Source of the DNA: a virus
Taxonomy: Duplodnaviria; Caudoviricetes
Direction: 5' to 3' (one strand)
IMG/VR virus record: IMGVR_UViG_3300033485_000015
Location: 1-54,915 of that record
DNA: 54,915 bases
The notes below the pieces were generated by a model. The model saw only the letters and a program-made list of their open reading frames with translations, was not told the DNA's origin and did no database searches. Below are positions 1-9,802 of this stretch, in pieces (the stretch's first letter is position 1; each line of letters starts with the position of its first letter). The position numbers and the translations under genes are program-made.

Positions 1-885
1 AACGTGCGTCCTGCTCTGGCGGATCGGCGTGGGTGGTGCTGGTTGATTGGTGTACCTGAGGGTCGGAACCATTATTATGATTTGTGGCAGAAGTACAGCG
101 ACGGGAGTGATCCTGACTGGGATGGGTTCACGTGGAAGAGCATAGATATTGTTGATCCTGCGGAGATTGAGAGTGCGCGGCGTGATCTTGACCCATTGAC
201 CTTTGCGCAGGAGTTTGAGGCATCGTTTATTAACTTTGAGGGTAGGGCGTATTATCCGTTTGAGGAGCGGGTACATTGCGGGTCGTTGAGGTATGACAAG
301 CGGAAGCCGTTGGTGTTCACGTTTGACTTTAACGTGAGTCCTGGTACGGCGGCGGTGATGCAGGAGCAGGTATTGCCTAACGGGATGCAGGGTACGGGTA
401 TTATTGGGGAGGTTTATATCCCGAGGAACAGCACGACACAGGCGGTATGCCGGAAGTTGCTGGCTGATTGGCATATGCACGAAGGAGAAGTGCGCTGTTA
501 TGGGGACGCTACGGGGGGTTCGCAGGGCACGGCGAAGGTGGATGGTTCGGATTGGGATTTGATCCGGCGGGAGTTGACCCCTCGTTTTGGGGAGCGGCTG
601 CGTATTTTGGTTCCTCGATCGAATCCTCGGGAGAAGGTGCGGGTTAACAGTGTGAACACGCGGTTGATGAATACGGCGGGGGACGTGCGTTTGATGGTGG
701 ACAAGAAGAGGGCACCTAATGTTGTGAAGGATTTTGACGGTGTAACATTGCTGAAGGGCGGGTCTGGTGAGATAGACAAGCGGGCTAACGAGGCACTCAC
801 GCACTTGACCGATGGTATAGGTTATTATATTGTTTACGAATTCCCAATAAAAGGCAATAAAGGCGAGGTAAGTTCCTTATGGTAG
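1..885 (+). CDS. terL: Terminase large subunit, C-terminal part (continues from 54481..54915 across the circular junction)
   Basis: Nuclease-domain motifs FDFNVSP, YGDATG, HLTDGIGY; in frame with the N-terminal ATPase half at the window end (...KPEVWGANV|RPALADRRG). Confidence 0.93.
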   Translation, partial: NVRPALADRRGWCWLIGVPEGRNHYYDLWQKYSDGSDPDWDGFTWKSIDIVDPAEIESARRDLDPLTFAQEFEASFINFEGRAYYPFEERVHCGSLRYDKRKPLVFTFDFNVSPGTAAVMQEQVLPNGMQGTGIIGEVYIPRNSTTQAVCRKLLADWHMHEGEVRCYGDATGGSQGTAKVDGSDWDLIRRELTPRFGERLRILVPRSNPREKVRVNSVNTRLMNTAGDVRLMVDKKRAPNVVKDFDGVTLLKGGSGEIDKRANEALTHLTDGIGYYIVYEFPIKGNKGEVSSLW

Positions 886-2351
886 TAGCGCAAGAGAGCA
901 ATGTAGATTATGAATCGTTGGCGTATTCTGAGATGAAGGTACGTCGGGCATTGCCGCGTGTGTTGATGGGAGGAACGCCGACAATCAGGGAGAAGGGTAA
1001 GTTGTACTTACCGCAGCAACCCGCTGAGGATGATAATCATTATGCCACGCGGTTAAAGAATGCGGTATTGCGTAATTATTATCGCCGGACGGTGGAGACT
1101 TTGACGGGCAAGATTTTCAGCAAGCCTATTGTATTTCATGATGTACCTGAGCCTCTGCGGAGATATTTGGCGGATAACGTTGACCTAACGGGTAGGAATC
1201 TGCACAGTTTTGCTCGCAGTGCTTTCCGTGACGCGCTGATTGACGGTATTTCGTACATCTTGGTTGATTTTCCACCAACACAAGAGGAATTGAGTCTTGC
1301 GCAGGAGCGCGAGCAGGGAAAGCGGCCATATTGTGTGCAGTTGGAATCATCGAAGGTTATTGGATGGTTCACTGAGACGGTGGGAGAAGCTGAGGTATTG
1401 GTAGAGGTGCGTATTCGTGAGGTATACCGGAAACGGAGCACGGAGCACGGGTTATACGGTGAGGAAGAGATTACGCGAGTTCGTATTTTGCGTCCTGGGA
1501 CGTGGGAAGTATGGGAGACGAACGGGGAAGCGGGCTGGTCTATGGTGGGGAGCGGTAAATTTTCGCTTAACTTCATCCCATTGATCCCTATTTATACGAG
1601 TAGGACTCGCTTTATGGAAGCGGAGCCGCCTTTAGAGGATTTGGCATATATGAATTTGGAGCATTACCAGATCAGGTCGGATCAGCGCAATGCACTTTCT
1701 GTTGCTTCATGGCCACTGTTTGCCGCTGTGGGTTATGATAAGGAGACAGAAGGGGAGCGGCTTGTTATTGGGCCGAATAAGGCTTTGACGTCCTCTGATC
1801 CGAACACGAAGTTTCACTTTGTGGAGTCGGCGGGTAATCATCTTGCGGCGGGGGATCGCGAGTTGAAGAATCTCGAAGCGGATATGCGCCTATTTGGCTT
1901 GCAGTTCGAGGTGGATAAGGCCACGGCGGAGAGTGCCACGGGTAGGGCGTTAGATAACGCAGAAGGTGTTGCGCCATTGATGGCTTGGGCGTTGAGCCTT
2001 GAGGACTCCTTGAACACTATGCTTGTTTACATGGGGGCATGGATTGGAATTGCGCCGGAGGATGTTGGGACTATTGAGGTTAATAAAGACTTCGGTATGA
2101 GCTTGAAGGATCAGGGCGAGATTGAGGCCTTATTACGTAGTCGTCAGGCGGGTGACATTAGCCAGGAAACCTTCCTGACGGAATTGAAGCGTAGGGGATT
2201 CTTTGGCGATGATTTCAATGTAGAAGTGGAAATGACACGAATTGAAAACGAAGGCCCTGTTGGCGGGGACTTTAGCAACCGTGGGGTACAGGGACAAGGC
2301 TCTTTAGCACCTTTGGTTAATGCGGAGGACGCGGCGAGTGGCAACATTTAA
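879..2351 (+). CDS. Portal protein (DUF4055-like)
   Basis: Follows TerL; 490 aa; YLPQ..E...Y.RL..A and PPLEDLAYMNLEHYQ motifs typical of DUF4055 portals. Confidence 0.88.
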   Translation: MVVAQESNVDYESLAYSEMKVRRALPRVLMGGTPTIREKGKLYLPQQPAEDDNHYATRLKNAVLRNYYRRTVETLTGKIFSKPIVFHDVPEPLRRYLADNVDLTGRNLHSFARSAFRDALIDGISYILVDFPPTQEELSLAQEREQGKRPYCVQLESSKVIGWFTETVGEAEVLVEVRIREVYRKRSTEHGLYGEEEITRVRILRPGTWEVWETNGEAGWSMVGSGKFSLNFIPLIPIYTSRTRFMEAEPPLEDLAYMNLEHYQIRSDQRNALSVASWPLFAAVGYDKETEGERLVIGPNKALTSSDPNTKFHFVESAGNHLAAGDRELKNLEADMRLFGLQFEVDKATAESATGRALDNAEGVAPLMAWALSLEDSLNTMLVYMGAWIGIAPEDVGTIEVNKDFGMSLKDQGEIEALLRSRQAGDISQETFLTELKRRGFFGDDFNVEVEMTRIENEGPVGGDFSNRGVQGQGSLAPLVNAEDAASGNI

Positions 2352-3408
2352 CGAGTCGTTAGTTGATGCGTCGACCGAATACACACTCGATTTGAACCGT
2401 GTGGGAAATACGGTTGCACGTCAAGATATATTGCCCTTACTTTTGCGATTAGAAGAAGACTTAATTGGTAAATTGGCCTCCTCGGGGGTTGCTGGTGGCG
2501 CGGTGGACAAGGTGCGCAGTCTTCTAGCGTGGGTTAAGGATGCTATTAACGAAGTTTACGCGAGGATGGAAGGAATAACGGGCGAAACGTTAGCAGGTAT
2601 TGCTGAAACGGAATCATTATTTTGGAAGAAGGCAATCAATGGTGGCGTTGGTATTGAGATACTGACCAGCCTTCCTACGGTGAAGCAGTTGGAGGTACTC
2701 GCAAGGAAAGTTCTGATTGCTGGCGCGGTTAATGAGGAATGGTGGAATAGGCAGGCGCGAGAATTGAGACAGCGGTTTGAGGATCAATTACGGATGGGAA
2801 TTGCGCTTGGGGAGACGAATGACGATATTATCCGGCGTGTAAGGGGTAGGAGGGAGAATGGCTTCAAAGATGGAATTATGCGTGTATCGCGCAAGGATGC
2901 GGATGCCTTGGTAAGAACAGGCATTCAAACGGTATCTAATAAGGTTCGGACTGAGATATTTGACGCGAATAAGGATATATTCAAAGGGTACAAGCAAGTA
3001 TCTACACTGGATACGCGCACATCCCCTATTTGCATAGCGTATAGTGGTAAGAGGTGGGACGAGCGGTTTAGGCCTATAGGGCATAAGCTTCCGTATAACG
3101 GGGGCACTCCGCGTCATTGGCGTTGCCGTAGCTTTATTGTGCCTATTGTAAAGAGCTGGAAGGAGTTAGGGATCAATTTAGACGAGGCACCAATGGGTAC
3201 TCGATCCTCTATGACAGGGCAGGTTCCGGCAGATACTACCTTTAACGATTTCTTGAAGGGAAGAACCAAGGCGGAACAGGATGAAATTCTAGGTAAGGGT
3301 GTGGCTACGCTTTGGCGGGGGGGTAAGATTGGTTTAGCACAACTTGTTGATTCTTCTGGTACGCGTGCCCTTACACTCGGCGAATTACGCCAAAAACTGG
3401 TTAAGTAG
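2338..3408 (+). CDS. Minor head / head morphogenesis protein (MuF / SPP1 gp7-like)
   Basis: STLDTRTSPIC and PRHWRCRS motifs; GTG start at 2338 preceded by GGAGG. Confidence 0.88.
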   Translation: MATFNESLVDASTEYTLDLNRVGNTVARQDILPLLLRLEEDLIGKLASSGVAGGAVDKVRSLLAWVKDAINEVYARMEGITGETLAGIAETESLFWKKAINGGVGIEILTSLPTVKQLEVLARKVLIAGAVNEEWWNRQARELRQRFEDQLRMGIALGETNDDIIRRVRGRRENGFKDGIMRVSRKDADALVRTGIQTVSNKVRTEIFDANKDIFKGYKQVSTLDTRTSPICIAYSGKRWDERFRPIGHKLPYNGGTPRHWRCRSFIVPIVKSWKELGINLDEAPMGTRSSMTGQVPADTTFNDFLKGRTKAEQDEILGKGVATLWRGGKIGLAQLVDSSGTRALTLGELRQKLVK

Positions 3409-3412
3409 TGGG

Positions 3413-3440
3413 TTGATAAAATTAAGGATGTGTGTATAAT
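3413..3440 (+). promoter_or_regulatory. Possible sigma70-like promoter upstream of the scaffold gene
   Basis: TTGATA-16 bp-TATAAT in the intergenic gap. Confidence 0.4.
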
Positions 3441-3521
3441 TAATTTTAACACAGTGTACGTGATGTCGCGTGTTATGCGTGATGCAACAATGATATTTAG
3501 GCGTGATGCCAAGGAGTAAAT

Positions 3522-4310
3522 ATGGCTGATTTTGATTTTCCCGAAATGACCGAGTCTTTGGACGTTGTACCGGAGGCATACCGTGCGTTTTATAAGCAGA
3601 AAGGTGAAGGCGAGGGTTTCGCTATCGCTGACGGGCTTAAAAGTCTTCTTGATGAAAAGGCAACTTTGCGAAGGACGATAGAAAACGAACGTAAGATGAC
3701 AAAGGCGGAACGCGCGAAGGCGAAGGCATGGGAAGAGCTAGGTAAAGCTCCCGATGAGATTAAAGAGTTACTAACCGAGCGTGAAAAGCGCGAAGCCGAG
3801 AAGGCGGAGAAAGAAGGAAACTGGGAGACTCTGAAAAAACAGATGTTAGACCAGCACCTTAAGGAATTGGAAAAGGAGCGTAAAGAGAAGGATACCCTTC
3901 TTGGTGCTTTGAAACAAAACCTTGTCAATGCCACGGCCGCGAATGCTATTGCCACGGTGGGCGGTATTCCGCAATTACTGATGCCTCATATTGAATCCCA
4001 TGTGAAGGTGGTTCAAGAAGATGGCCAGTATCAAGTGCGGGTATTGGATGCTAAGGGCGAGCCGCGAATTAACGCAAATGGTGACTTCCTGACGATCAAG
4101 GATTTAGTGGAAGAAATGCGAAACGATCAAATTTTTTCGCGCTGTTTCAACGGTTCTGGTATGTCCGGTAGTGGTAGCTCAGGTAACACTGGGGGTGGTT
4201 CGAATAATCAGAAGAAGGCCTTAAAGGATATGAGTGCGGCGGACAAAGCGGCATTCATTAGTGCTAATGGTTTGGAAGCGTGGCAAGAACTGTTACGCCC
4301 AAGGAAATAA
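3522..4310 (+). CDS. Capsid scaffold protein
   Basis: Charged coiled-coil, Gly/Ser linker and short C-terminal helix; directly upstream of the capsid gene. Confidence 0.82.
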   Translation: MADFDFPEMTESLDVVPEAYRAFYKQKGEGEGFAIADGLKSLLDEKATLRRTIENERKMTKAERAKAKAWEELGKAPDEIKELLTEREKREAEKAEKEGNWETLKKQMLDQHLKELEKERKEKDTLLGALKQNLVNATAANAIATVGGIPQLLMPHIESHVKVVQEDGQYQVRVLDAKGEPRINANGDFLTIKDLVEEMRNDQIFSRCFNGSGMSGSGSSGNTGGGSNNQKKALKDMSAADKAAFISANGLEAWQELLRPRK

Positions 4311-4328
4311 TCTTTAAGGAGAATTTAT

Positions 4329-5330
4329 ATGGCTACTGGTAAGGCGAGTGATTTTAAAATTTATAATGAACAGTTTTTCGGTGGTATGACCGAGCAATTG
4401 ACGCAGTTTTCAAATGCAATGAATGCCGCGTCAAATAATGCTCTGCGCGTTATTCCACAAATGCTGAAAGGGGACTATGAATACGAAAGTTTCTTCCAGA
4501 ATATTACCAACTCAGTAACACGTCGTGACACTACCTCTGTAGCAACCGCTACAGACCTTGCTCTGACGCAGGATGAATTGGTTTCTGTGAAACTTAATCG
4601 TAAGATTGGCCCTGTTGCTAACACGATTGACTCATTCCGTAAGATTCAGGAAGCTGCTGGCCCTAACGGTCAGGAGTCTCTTTCATTCTTGCTGGGTGGG
4701 CAGATTGCGAAGGCAATTGAGGTTGACTATCTGAATACTATGTTGACTGCGTTAACTGGTGCCTTGTTGAGTAAATCAGACTTGGTACACCAAAACGTAG
4801 GAAGCAACTTAAGCACTGCGGGTCTTGTGCACGGTCTTTCCAAAATGGGAGATAATGCGGACAAGATTGTTGCTTGGGTGATGCACTCTAAAGCGTACTA
4901 CGACCTTGTACGCGGCCAGATTGCGGCAAATATTGATGGTGTGTCTAACTTCAACGTACAGACTGGAACGGCGGTGACGCTGAACCGTCCAGTTATTATT
5001 ACGGACAGTTCATCACTCATTTATCATCCAGGTGGGTCTGACGATTCCGACGAGTATTTAACTCTCGGTCTGGTACAGAACGCTGCCGTTGTTAAAGAGA
5101 GCGAAGAGCGTGATCTGGTATCTGAGGTTGTTACTGGTAACGAGAACCTCATTGTACGTCTGCAAGGTGAATATGCGTTCAACTTGGGCTTAAAAGGCTT
5201 TAAGTGGGATGTACAGAACGGCGCAGCTAACCCGAACAGCACCGCACTTGGTACTGGTTCTAACTGGGATTCTGTAATGGCTTCCGTTAAGAACCTGGCT
5301 GGTGTAGTGATTCGCAGTACATCTAACTAA
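4329..5330 (+). CDS. Major capsid protein
   Basis: 333 aa; synteny; WVMHSK, GFKWD and NP...L.TGSNW motifs of siphophage coat proteins. Confidence 0.9.
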   Translation: MATGKASDFKIYNEQFFGGMTEQLTQFSNAMNAASNNALRVIPQMLKGDYEYESFFQNITNSVTRRDTTSVATATDLALTQDELVSVKLNRKIGPVANTIDSFRKIQEAAGPNGQESLSFLLGGQIAKAIEVDYLNTMLTALTGALLSKSDLVHQNVGSNLSTAGLVHGLSKMGDNADKIVAWVMHSKAYYDLVRGQIAANIDGVSNFNVQTGTAVTLNRPVIITDSSSLIYHPGGSDDSDEYLTLGLVQNAAVVKESEERDLVSEVVTGNENLIVRLQGEYAFNLGLKGFKWDVQNGAANPNSTALGTGSNWDSVMASVKNLAGVVIRSTSN

Positions 5331-5338
5331 GGTTCTAT

Positions 5339-6211
5339 ATGCTCAGGATTTGCATTTATGGCTTGCCTGGGTATGGTATCGCAGACTATGTAGCTCGAGG
5401 GCTAGAGGTCTGCGATACCTCCGTTAAGGTAACATGGCGGCGTCATGACGTTTTCAGGCCAGATTGTTACGAGAGCGCGTTTGACATTATTGTGACGAAT
5501 GGGTTACGCCGTCCGTATAACGAGATTGTTGAAACGTACCAAAAGCAAGGAAAGATAGCTTTGATCACGGATTTAGGTTTAATCCGCAAAGAACCTGGGT
5601 ATTATCAAATAGGTATTAACAAGCTGGGCGGTATTATGCCCTTCCAAGCTCCCAGTGATCGTTTTGATGCTTTAAATGAACCTATTGCTACGCGTAGGGC
5701 GAAAGGAAAGCATATATTAATCTGCGGTCAGCGTCCTGGTGACGCCGCGCATGGTTTTAATGAGGATCAGCTTAGAGCGTACTATGAAAGTAGTATTCGT
5801 GTTATTCGTGATGTTGTAGGGGATAAATATCCTATTGTCTGGCGGCCTCATCCATCATCTAACTTCCTTGTAAGGGGTGGTGATAGAGTATCTTTAGCAA
5901 AGGATATAATGGAGGATTTAGCCGACGCTTACGCTGTTGTCACTTATAATTCAACAACTGGTTTGTCTGCTTTGTTAAACGGTGTTCCTTTAGTGTGCCA
6001 TTCTGGGGCATATTATGCGGACTTGGCCGAAACGAATTTACGAAATATTGATAATATAAAGGCACCTTCCAAGGCGAAGGTACAGGAATTTTTTAATCGT
6101 GTTGCATACAGTCAATGGACGAAGGAAGAGATCGAGAAGGGTCTGCCTTTTAAATATATCTTTTCTGCTCTCCGAGGAATGAATCCTTTTGAAGGTCTAG
6201 CCAGTGAGTAA
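5339..6211 (+). CDS. Capsule-synthesis family (KpsS/KpsC, GT107-like) glycosyltransferase
   Basis: GQRPGD (QxxxD), VWRPHP (HP) and VVTYNSTTGLSALLNGVP motifs. Confidence 0.72.
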   Translation: MLRICIYGLPGYGIADYVARGLEVCDTSVKVTWRRHDVFRPDCYESAFDIIVTNGLRRPYNEIVETYQKQGKIALITDLGLIRKEPGYYQIGINKLGGIMPFQAPSDRFDALNEPIATRRAKGKHILICGQRPGDAAHGFNEDQLRAYYESSIRVIRDVVGDKYPIVWRPHPSSNFLVRGGDRVSLAKDIMEDLADAYAVVTYNSTTGLSALLNGVPLVCHSGAYYADLAETNLRNIDNIKAPSKAKVQEFFNRVAYSQWTKEEIEKGLPFKYIFSALRGMNPFEGLASE

Positions 6212-6995
6212 TATAAGTGTTGTTACGTCCTTTTCACCAGAAGGATATGAAAAATATGGGAAGCGATGTTTAGAGACGTTTGATCAATACTGGCCTAAAG
6301 GATGCCAGTTAGTAGCTTATGTTGATGAACGCCCTAGGGAAGAATATAGCGCACGTATCCGTTATGAGAACTTGGAGGCAGTAAATCCCATATTGAAACG
6401 ATTCAAAGACAGGCATCTGACCAACAATATAGCGCATGGAAAAAAAGAGGACGGATCATACACATTTTTATATGACGCGGTTAGGTTTTCTCATAAAGTA
6501 TTTGCATATACTCATGCTATCATGAATGCACCAAGCTGGATAGATCGTGTAATATGGCTTGATGCGGATTGCGTTACTCATGCTCCAACTTCGAATGCGG
6601 AGTTATACAGTCTCTTAGCGGACAATGAGTTGTGTGGGTTCTTCGAGCGTGTAAACAATTATCCTGAGACAGGATTTATCATATTTAATACTGCGCATAA
6701 AGAAAAAGAGCGATACGCACGATGGATTCAACAGGTTTACGATAAGGACATGATCTTTACGTTGCCTCGGTGGACAGATTGCCATGTCTATGAATATATT
6801 GTGAAGCAAGCACGACAGCACGGCATGGTATGTAAGAACCTCTCAGGGGAGCATAGCACTGTCAGTCACCCAATTATACATGTGCTAGGCCATTTCCTCG
6901 ATCATTTGAAAGGGGAGCGTAAGATTATAGGGAAGTCGGATATTAAGAAGAAAGATTTGCGTATTGCTCGAACCGAACCATACTGGACGAAGTAA
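6204..6995 (+). CDS. GT-A fold glycosyltransferase
   Basis: IWLDAD (DxD), RFSHKVFA, YPETGF, WTDCHVY, DHLKG motifs. Confidence 0.75.
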   Translation: MSNISVVTSFSPEGYEKYGKRCLETFDQYWPKGCQLVAYVDERPREEYSARIRYENLEAVNPILKRFKDRHLTNNIAHGKKEDGSYTFLYDAVRFSHKVFAYTHAIMNAPSWIDRVIWLDADCVTHAPTSNAELYSLLADNELCGFFERVNNYPETGFIIFNTAHKEKERYARWIQQVYDKDMIFTLPRWTDCHVYEYIVKQARQHGMVCKNLSGEHSTVSHPIIHVLGHFLDHLKGERKIIGKSDIKKKDLRIARTEPYWTK

Positions 6996-7772
6996 ATGCC
7001 TATATATTGTTACATTCTAAAAGAACGCAGAAAGAAAACTGAACGTATACTAGGTAACTTTGCCAAAGGTTGCGATGCGCAGTTAATTTATGATGAGCAT
7101 TTGCGAACCGATGGCCCCGCCGTGTTCTGGGGCCAAATATACGCATCACAACGATTAATGCGTGAATGTATAGAGAAGGGCATAGACTTTTACCAGATAG
7201 ACAATGGTTATTTCCATGCTGCTAGGGGAACATCTATAGGTTATTTCCGCGTTACTAAAAATGCGTTAGCTAAGAATTGGGTTGATGTATGCCCAGACGA
7301 TAGATGGAAAGCCTTGAATATTCCTTTGATGCCTTGGCGTCAATATACCAACACAGGGATCGTTGTCCTGTGTGTTCCTGGGAGGAACTTTGGCGCGTAT
7401 ATGGGAATGGATATGGATAAATGGGCGGCTATTACACAGAAAAAATTGAGCACAATCACATATAGGAAGGTTTATATTAGGCCGAAGCTGAAGGAACCTT
7501 CGCTTTTAGATGTTCTATACTCGACACAATCTCATTGCGTTGTCACACATTCATCTAATGCCGCTGTTGAAGCAGTAATTGCGGGGTTCCCTGTGTTCTG
7601 CCATGACTTATGCGCGGCGCATCCGGTAGCAAATAGTTTGGAATTTGATAGATTGGAAGATCCTTTACTGCCTGACAGACAGGCATGGGTAAATTCGTTA
7701 GCCTACGGGCAATTCACATTAGAGGAATTTTCAAATGGCACGGCGTGGTCAATATTAAGAGGTAATTTATGA
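6996..7772 (+). CDS. Second capsule-synthesis family (GT107-like) glycosyltransferase, paralog of 5339..6211
   Basis: IDNGYF, DRWKAL, VVTHSSNAAVEAVIAGFPV and LAYGQFT.EE motifs parallel DRFDAL / VAYSQWT.EE in the first copy. Confidence 0.68.
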   Translation: MPIYCYILKERRKKTERILGNFAKGCDAQLIYDEHLRTDGPAVFWGQIYASQRLMRECIEKGIDFYQIDNGYFHAARGTSIGYFRVTKNALAKNWVDVCPDDRWKALNIPLMPWRQYTNTGIVVLCVPGRNFGAYMGMDMDKWAAITQKKLSTITYRKVYIRPKLKEPSLLDVLYSTQSHCVVTHSSNAAVEAVIAGFPVFCHDLCAAHPVANSLEFDRLEDPLLPDRQAWVNSLAYGQFTLEEFSNGTAWSILRGNL

Positions 7773-8494
7773 TAAAGAATGAGATTTTTATTGGTTATGA
7801 TGACCGCGAGCGTGTGGCTTATAACGTTTGCGCCTTTTCCATCATGCGGAGAAGCTCGCAACCTATAGACATAACACCCTTGAAATTAGACGCTCTACGA
7901 AAGGAAGGGTTATATACACGGCCACATATTAAGCGTAAACGCGGTTATCTGTGGGATGTGATTTCTGATGCACCAATGGCTACAGAATTTGCAAATTCTC
8001 GGTGGCTGGTTCCTTATCTCGCAGAGAATAAATGGTCGTTATTTATGGACTGCGACATGCTCCTTGTTACTGACATTAACAAGGTGTTTCAGCAAGTAGA
8101 TGATAAATATGCAGTGATGTGTGTGAAACATGATTATCAGCCTAAAGACACGGTAAAGATGGATAATTGCGAACAGACGCAATACAGCCGGAAGAATTGG
8201 TCTAGTTTCATGCTGATCAACAAGCAACATCCGGCGAACAAGCGCTTAACGTTAAAGATGATCAATGAGACCCCCGGGCGTGATTTACACAGGTTTTGTT
8301 GGTTGAATGATGACGAGATCGGTGGGTTAGACGAGGGCTGGAATTGGTTAGAAGGGCATTCTCCAAAAGATACTCTTGATATATACAACATTCATTATAC
8401 ACGTGGGGGACCGTGGTTTGATGAATGGAAAGATGTTGATCTTGCAAATATTTGGGAGGCGGAGTATGCTTTATATAAAAGAGTAAGGAGTTGA
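7769..8494 (+). CDS. GT8-like (CDI-family) glycosyltransferase
   Basis: IFIGYD.RE, LFMDCDML (DxD), RKNWSSFML, WNWLEG, HYTRGGPWF motifs. Confidence 0.85.
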   Translation: MIKNEIFIGYDDRERVAYNVCAFSIMRRSSQPIDITPLKLDALRKEGLYTRPHIKRKRGYLWDVISDAPMATEFANSRWLVPYLAENKWSLFMDCDMLLVTDINKVFQQVDDKYAVMCVKHDYQPKDTVKMDNCEQTQYSRKNWSSFMLINKQHPANKRLTLKMINETPGRDLHRFCWLNDDEIGGLDEGWNWLEGHSPKDTLDIYNIHYTRGGPWFDEWKDVDLANIWEAEYALYKRVRS

Positions 8495-8496
8495 TC

Positions 8497-9006
8497 ATGA
8501 CACTGACAGTCGAGGACGGAACAGGAATTAGCACGGCGGATTCTTATGCTTCTGTAGCGAATACCAATACATACTGGCAGAAGCGAAAAACCCTGACCCT
8601 TTCATCTACTTGGGATGATGCGAGTGACACGCAGAAAGAAAGTGCGTTGCGCATAGCAACTGATTACTTAGACAATACGTTCTGTTGGTTAGGAAACAGA
8701 TCGTCATCAACACAAGCCCTACAGTGGCCGCGTCGCAATGTGTATGATGATCGTGGTGTGGAATTATCGGCGCAGGTTCCAACAGCCGTAAAAGTCGCTT
8801 GCTATGAATTAGCCGCACGTGCTTTAAGCGAGGATATACGCGAGGATATAAGCAATGAGGACGTAGTCGAGCAGGAAAAAGTTGGCCCCATTGAAGTGAA
8901 GTATAGGGCGGGTTCTTCGTCTGTTAAATCATATAGGAAAGTACGTGACTTACTAAAGAATCTAACGTTAAGTAGCGGCGCAAGTTTAGATATGGTGCGG
9001 GCATAA
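8497..9006 (+). CDS. Head-tail adaptor (DnaT-like family)
   Basis: VEDGTG...ADSYAS, QALQWPR, EKVGPIEVKY motifs; AGGAG RBS. Confidence 0.82.
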   Translation: MTLTVEDGTGISTADSYASVANTNTYWQKRKTLTLSSTWDDASDTQKESALRIATDYLDNTFCWLGNRSSSTQALQWPRRNVYDDRGVELSAQVPTAVKVACYELAARALSEDIREDISNEDVVEQEKVGPIEVKYRAGSSSVKSYRKVRDLLKNLTLSSGASLDMVRA

Positions 9007-9007
9007 T

Positions 9008-9388
9008 ATGTCATTCAATTACTCCACTCTTCGGCGTAGTGCGTTGAATCTGATTAACAGATTCGGTCAGAGTATGACGTACACAAGCAAGGCCGCTGCG
9101 GCGTATAGTGTGAGTACAAGCTCCGTTACCTTAACCAATACGGACTACACAGTTAAGGGAGTGGTATTTGATTTTGATACAATGAATACCGGAACCCAGA
9201 TGCTTGATAATTCTTTAATTGAGGCAGGGGATAGGCGCGTCTACATAGCCGCTTCGGGGTTAAACTTCACACCAAAATTAGAGGACACCCTCACAATTAA
9301 TTCTGAGGTATGGCGTGTTGTGCGTATTATTAATGCTATCGATCCAGGTGGTACTATGCTCCTGTATGACCTACAGATAAGAAGGTAA
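9008..9388 (+). CDS. Head closure / head-tail joining protein
   Basis: LINRFG, IEAGDRRV, IDPGG..LLYDLQIRR; synteny. Confidence 0.75.
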   Translation: MSFNYSTLRRSALNLINRFGQSMTYTSKAAAAYSVSTSSVTLTNTDYTVKGVVFDFDTMNTGTQMLDNSLIEAGDRRVYIAASGLNFTPKLEDTLTINSEVWRVVRIINAIDPGGTMLLYDLQIRR

Positions 9389-9391
9389 TTT

Positions 9392-9802
9392 GTGGCGGGA
9401 CGCTTTGCTATTGATATATCACGCTTTATAGATAAGACACAAACAAACCTAAATGTTGTTATAAGAAAGATTGTTTTTGATGTGTTTGTTAGGGTCGTGC
9501 TTAAAACGCCTGTTGATACAGGGAGGCTCGTAGGTAATTGGTTCCCTTCTGTGGGCTCGCCGTCTACTTTATTTAATGAGGGGTCTACTGATCCTGATAA
9601 AACAGCGGCTCAAATACGAATTCGCGATATAACACAGAATATAAAACCCGGAGATACCATCTTTCTTATAAATAATACGCCATATGCCAATTTTATTGAG
9701 TCCGGCGGGTCGAAGATTAAAGCTCCGCAAGGGATGGTTAATATTACGTTGCAAGAATACAGAGGAATAGTAGAACGTGCGGCAAGTGAGGTTAGACGAT
9801 GA
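9392..9802 (+). CDS. HK97 gp10-like tail completion protein
   Basis: TPVDTGRLVGNW, NNTPYA..IE.G.S..APQGMV. Confidence 0.85.
   Translation: MAGRFAIDISRFIDKTQTNLNVVIRKIVFDVFVRVVLKTPVDTGRLVGNWFPSVGSPSTLFNEGSTDPDKTAAQIRIRDITQNIKPGDTIFLINNTPYANFIESGGSKIKAPQGMVNITLQEYRGIVERAASEVRR

Noticed and set aside
5339-8494. Host-derived capsule locus or contaminating contig
   Set aside because: Genes are tightly coupled to the phage head genes on both sides, and no transport or polymerase genes (kpsMT, wzx, wzy) are present.
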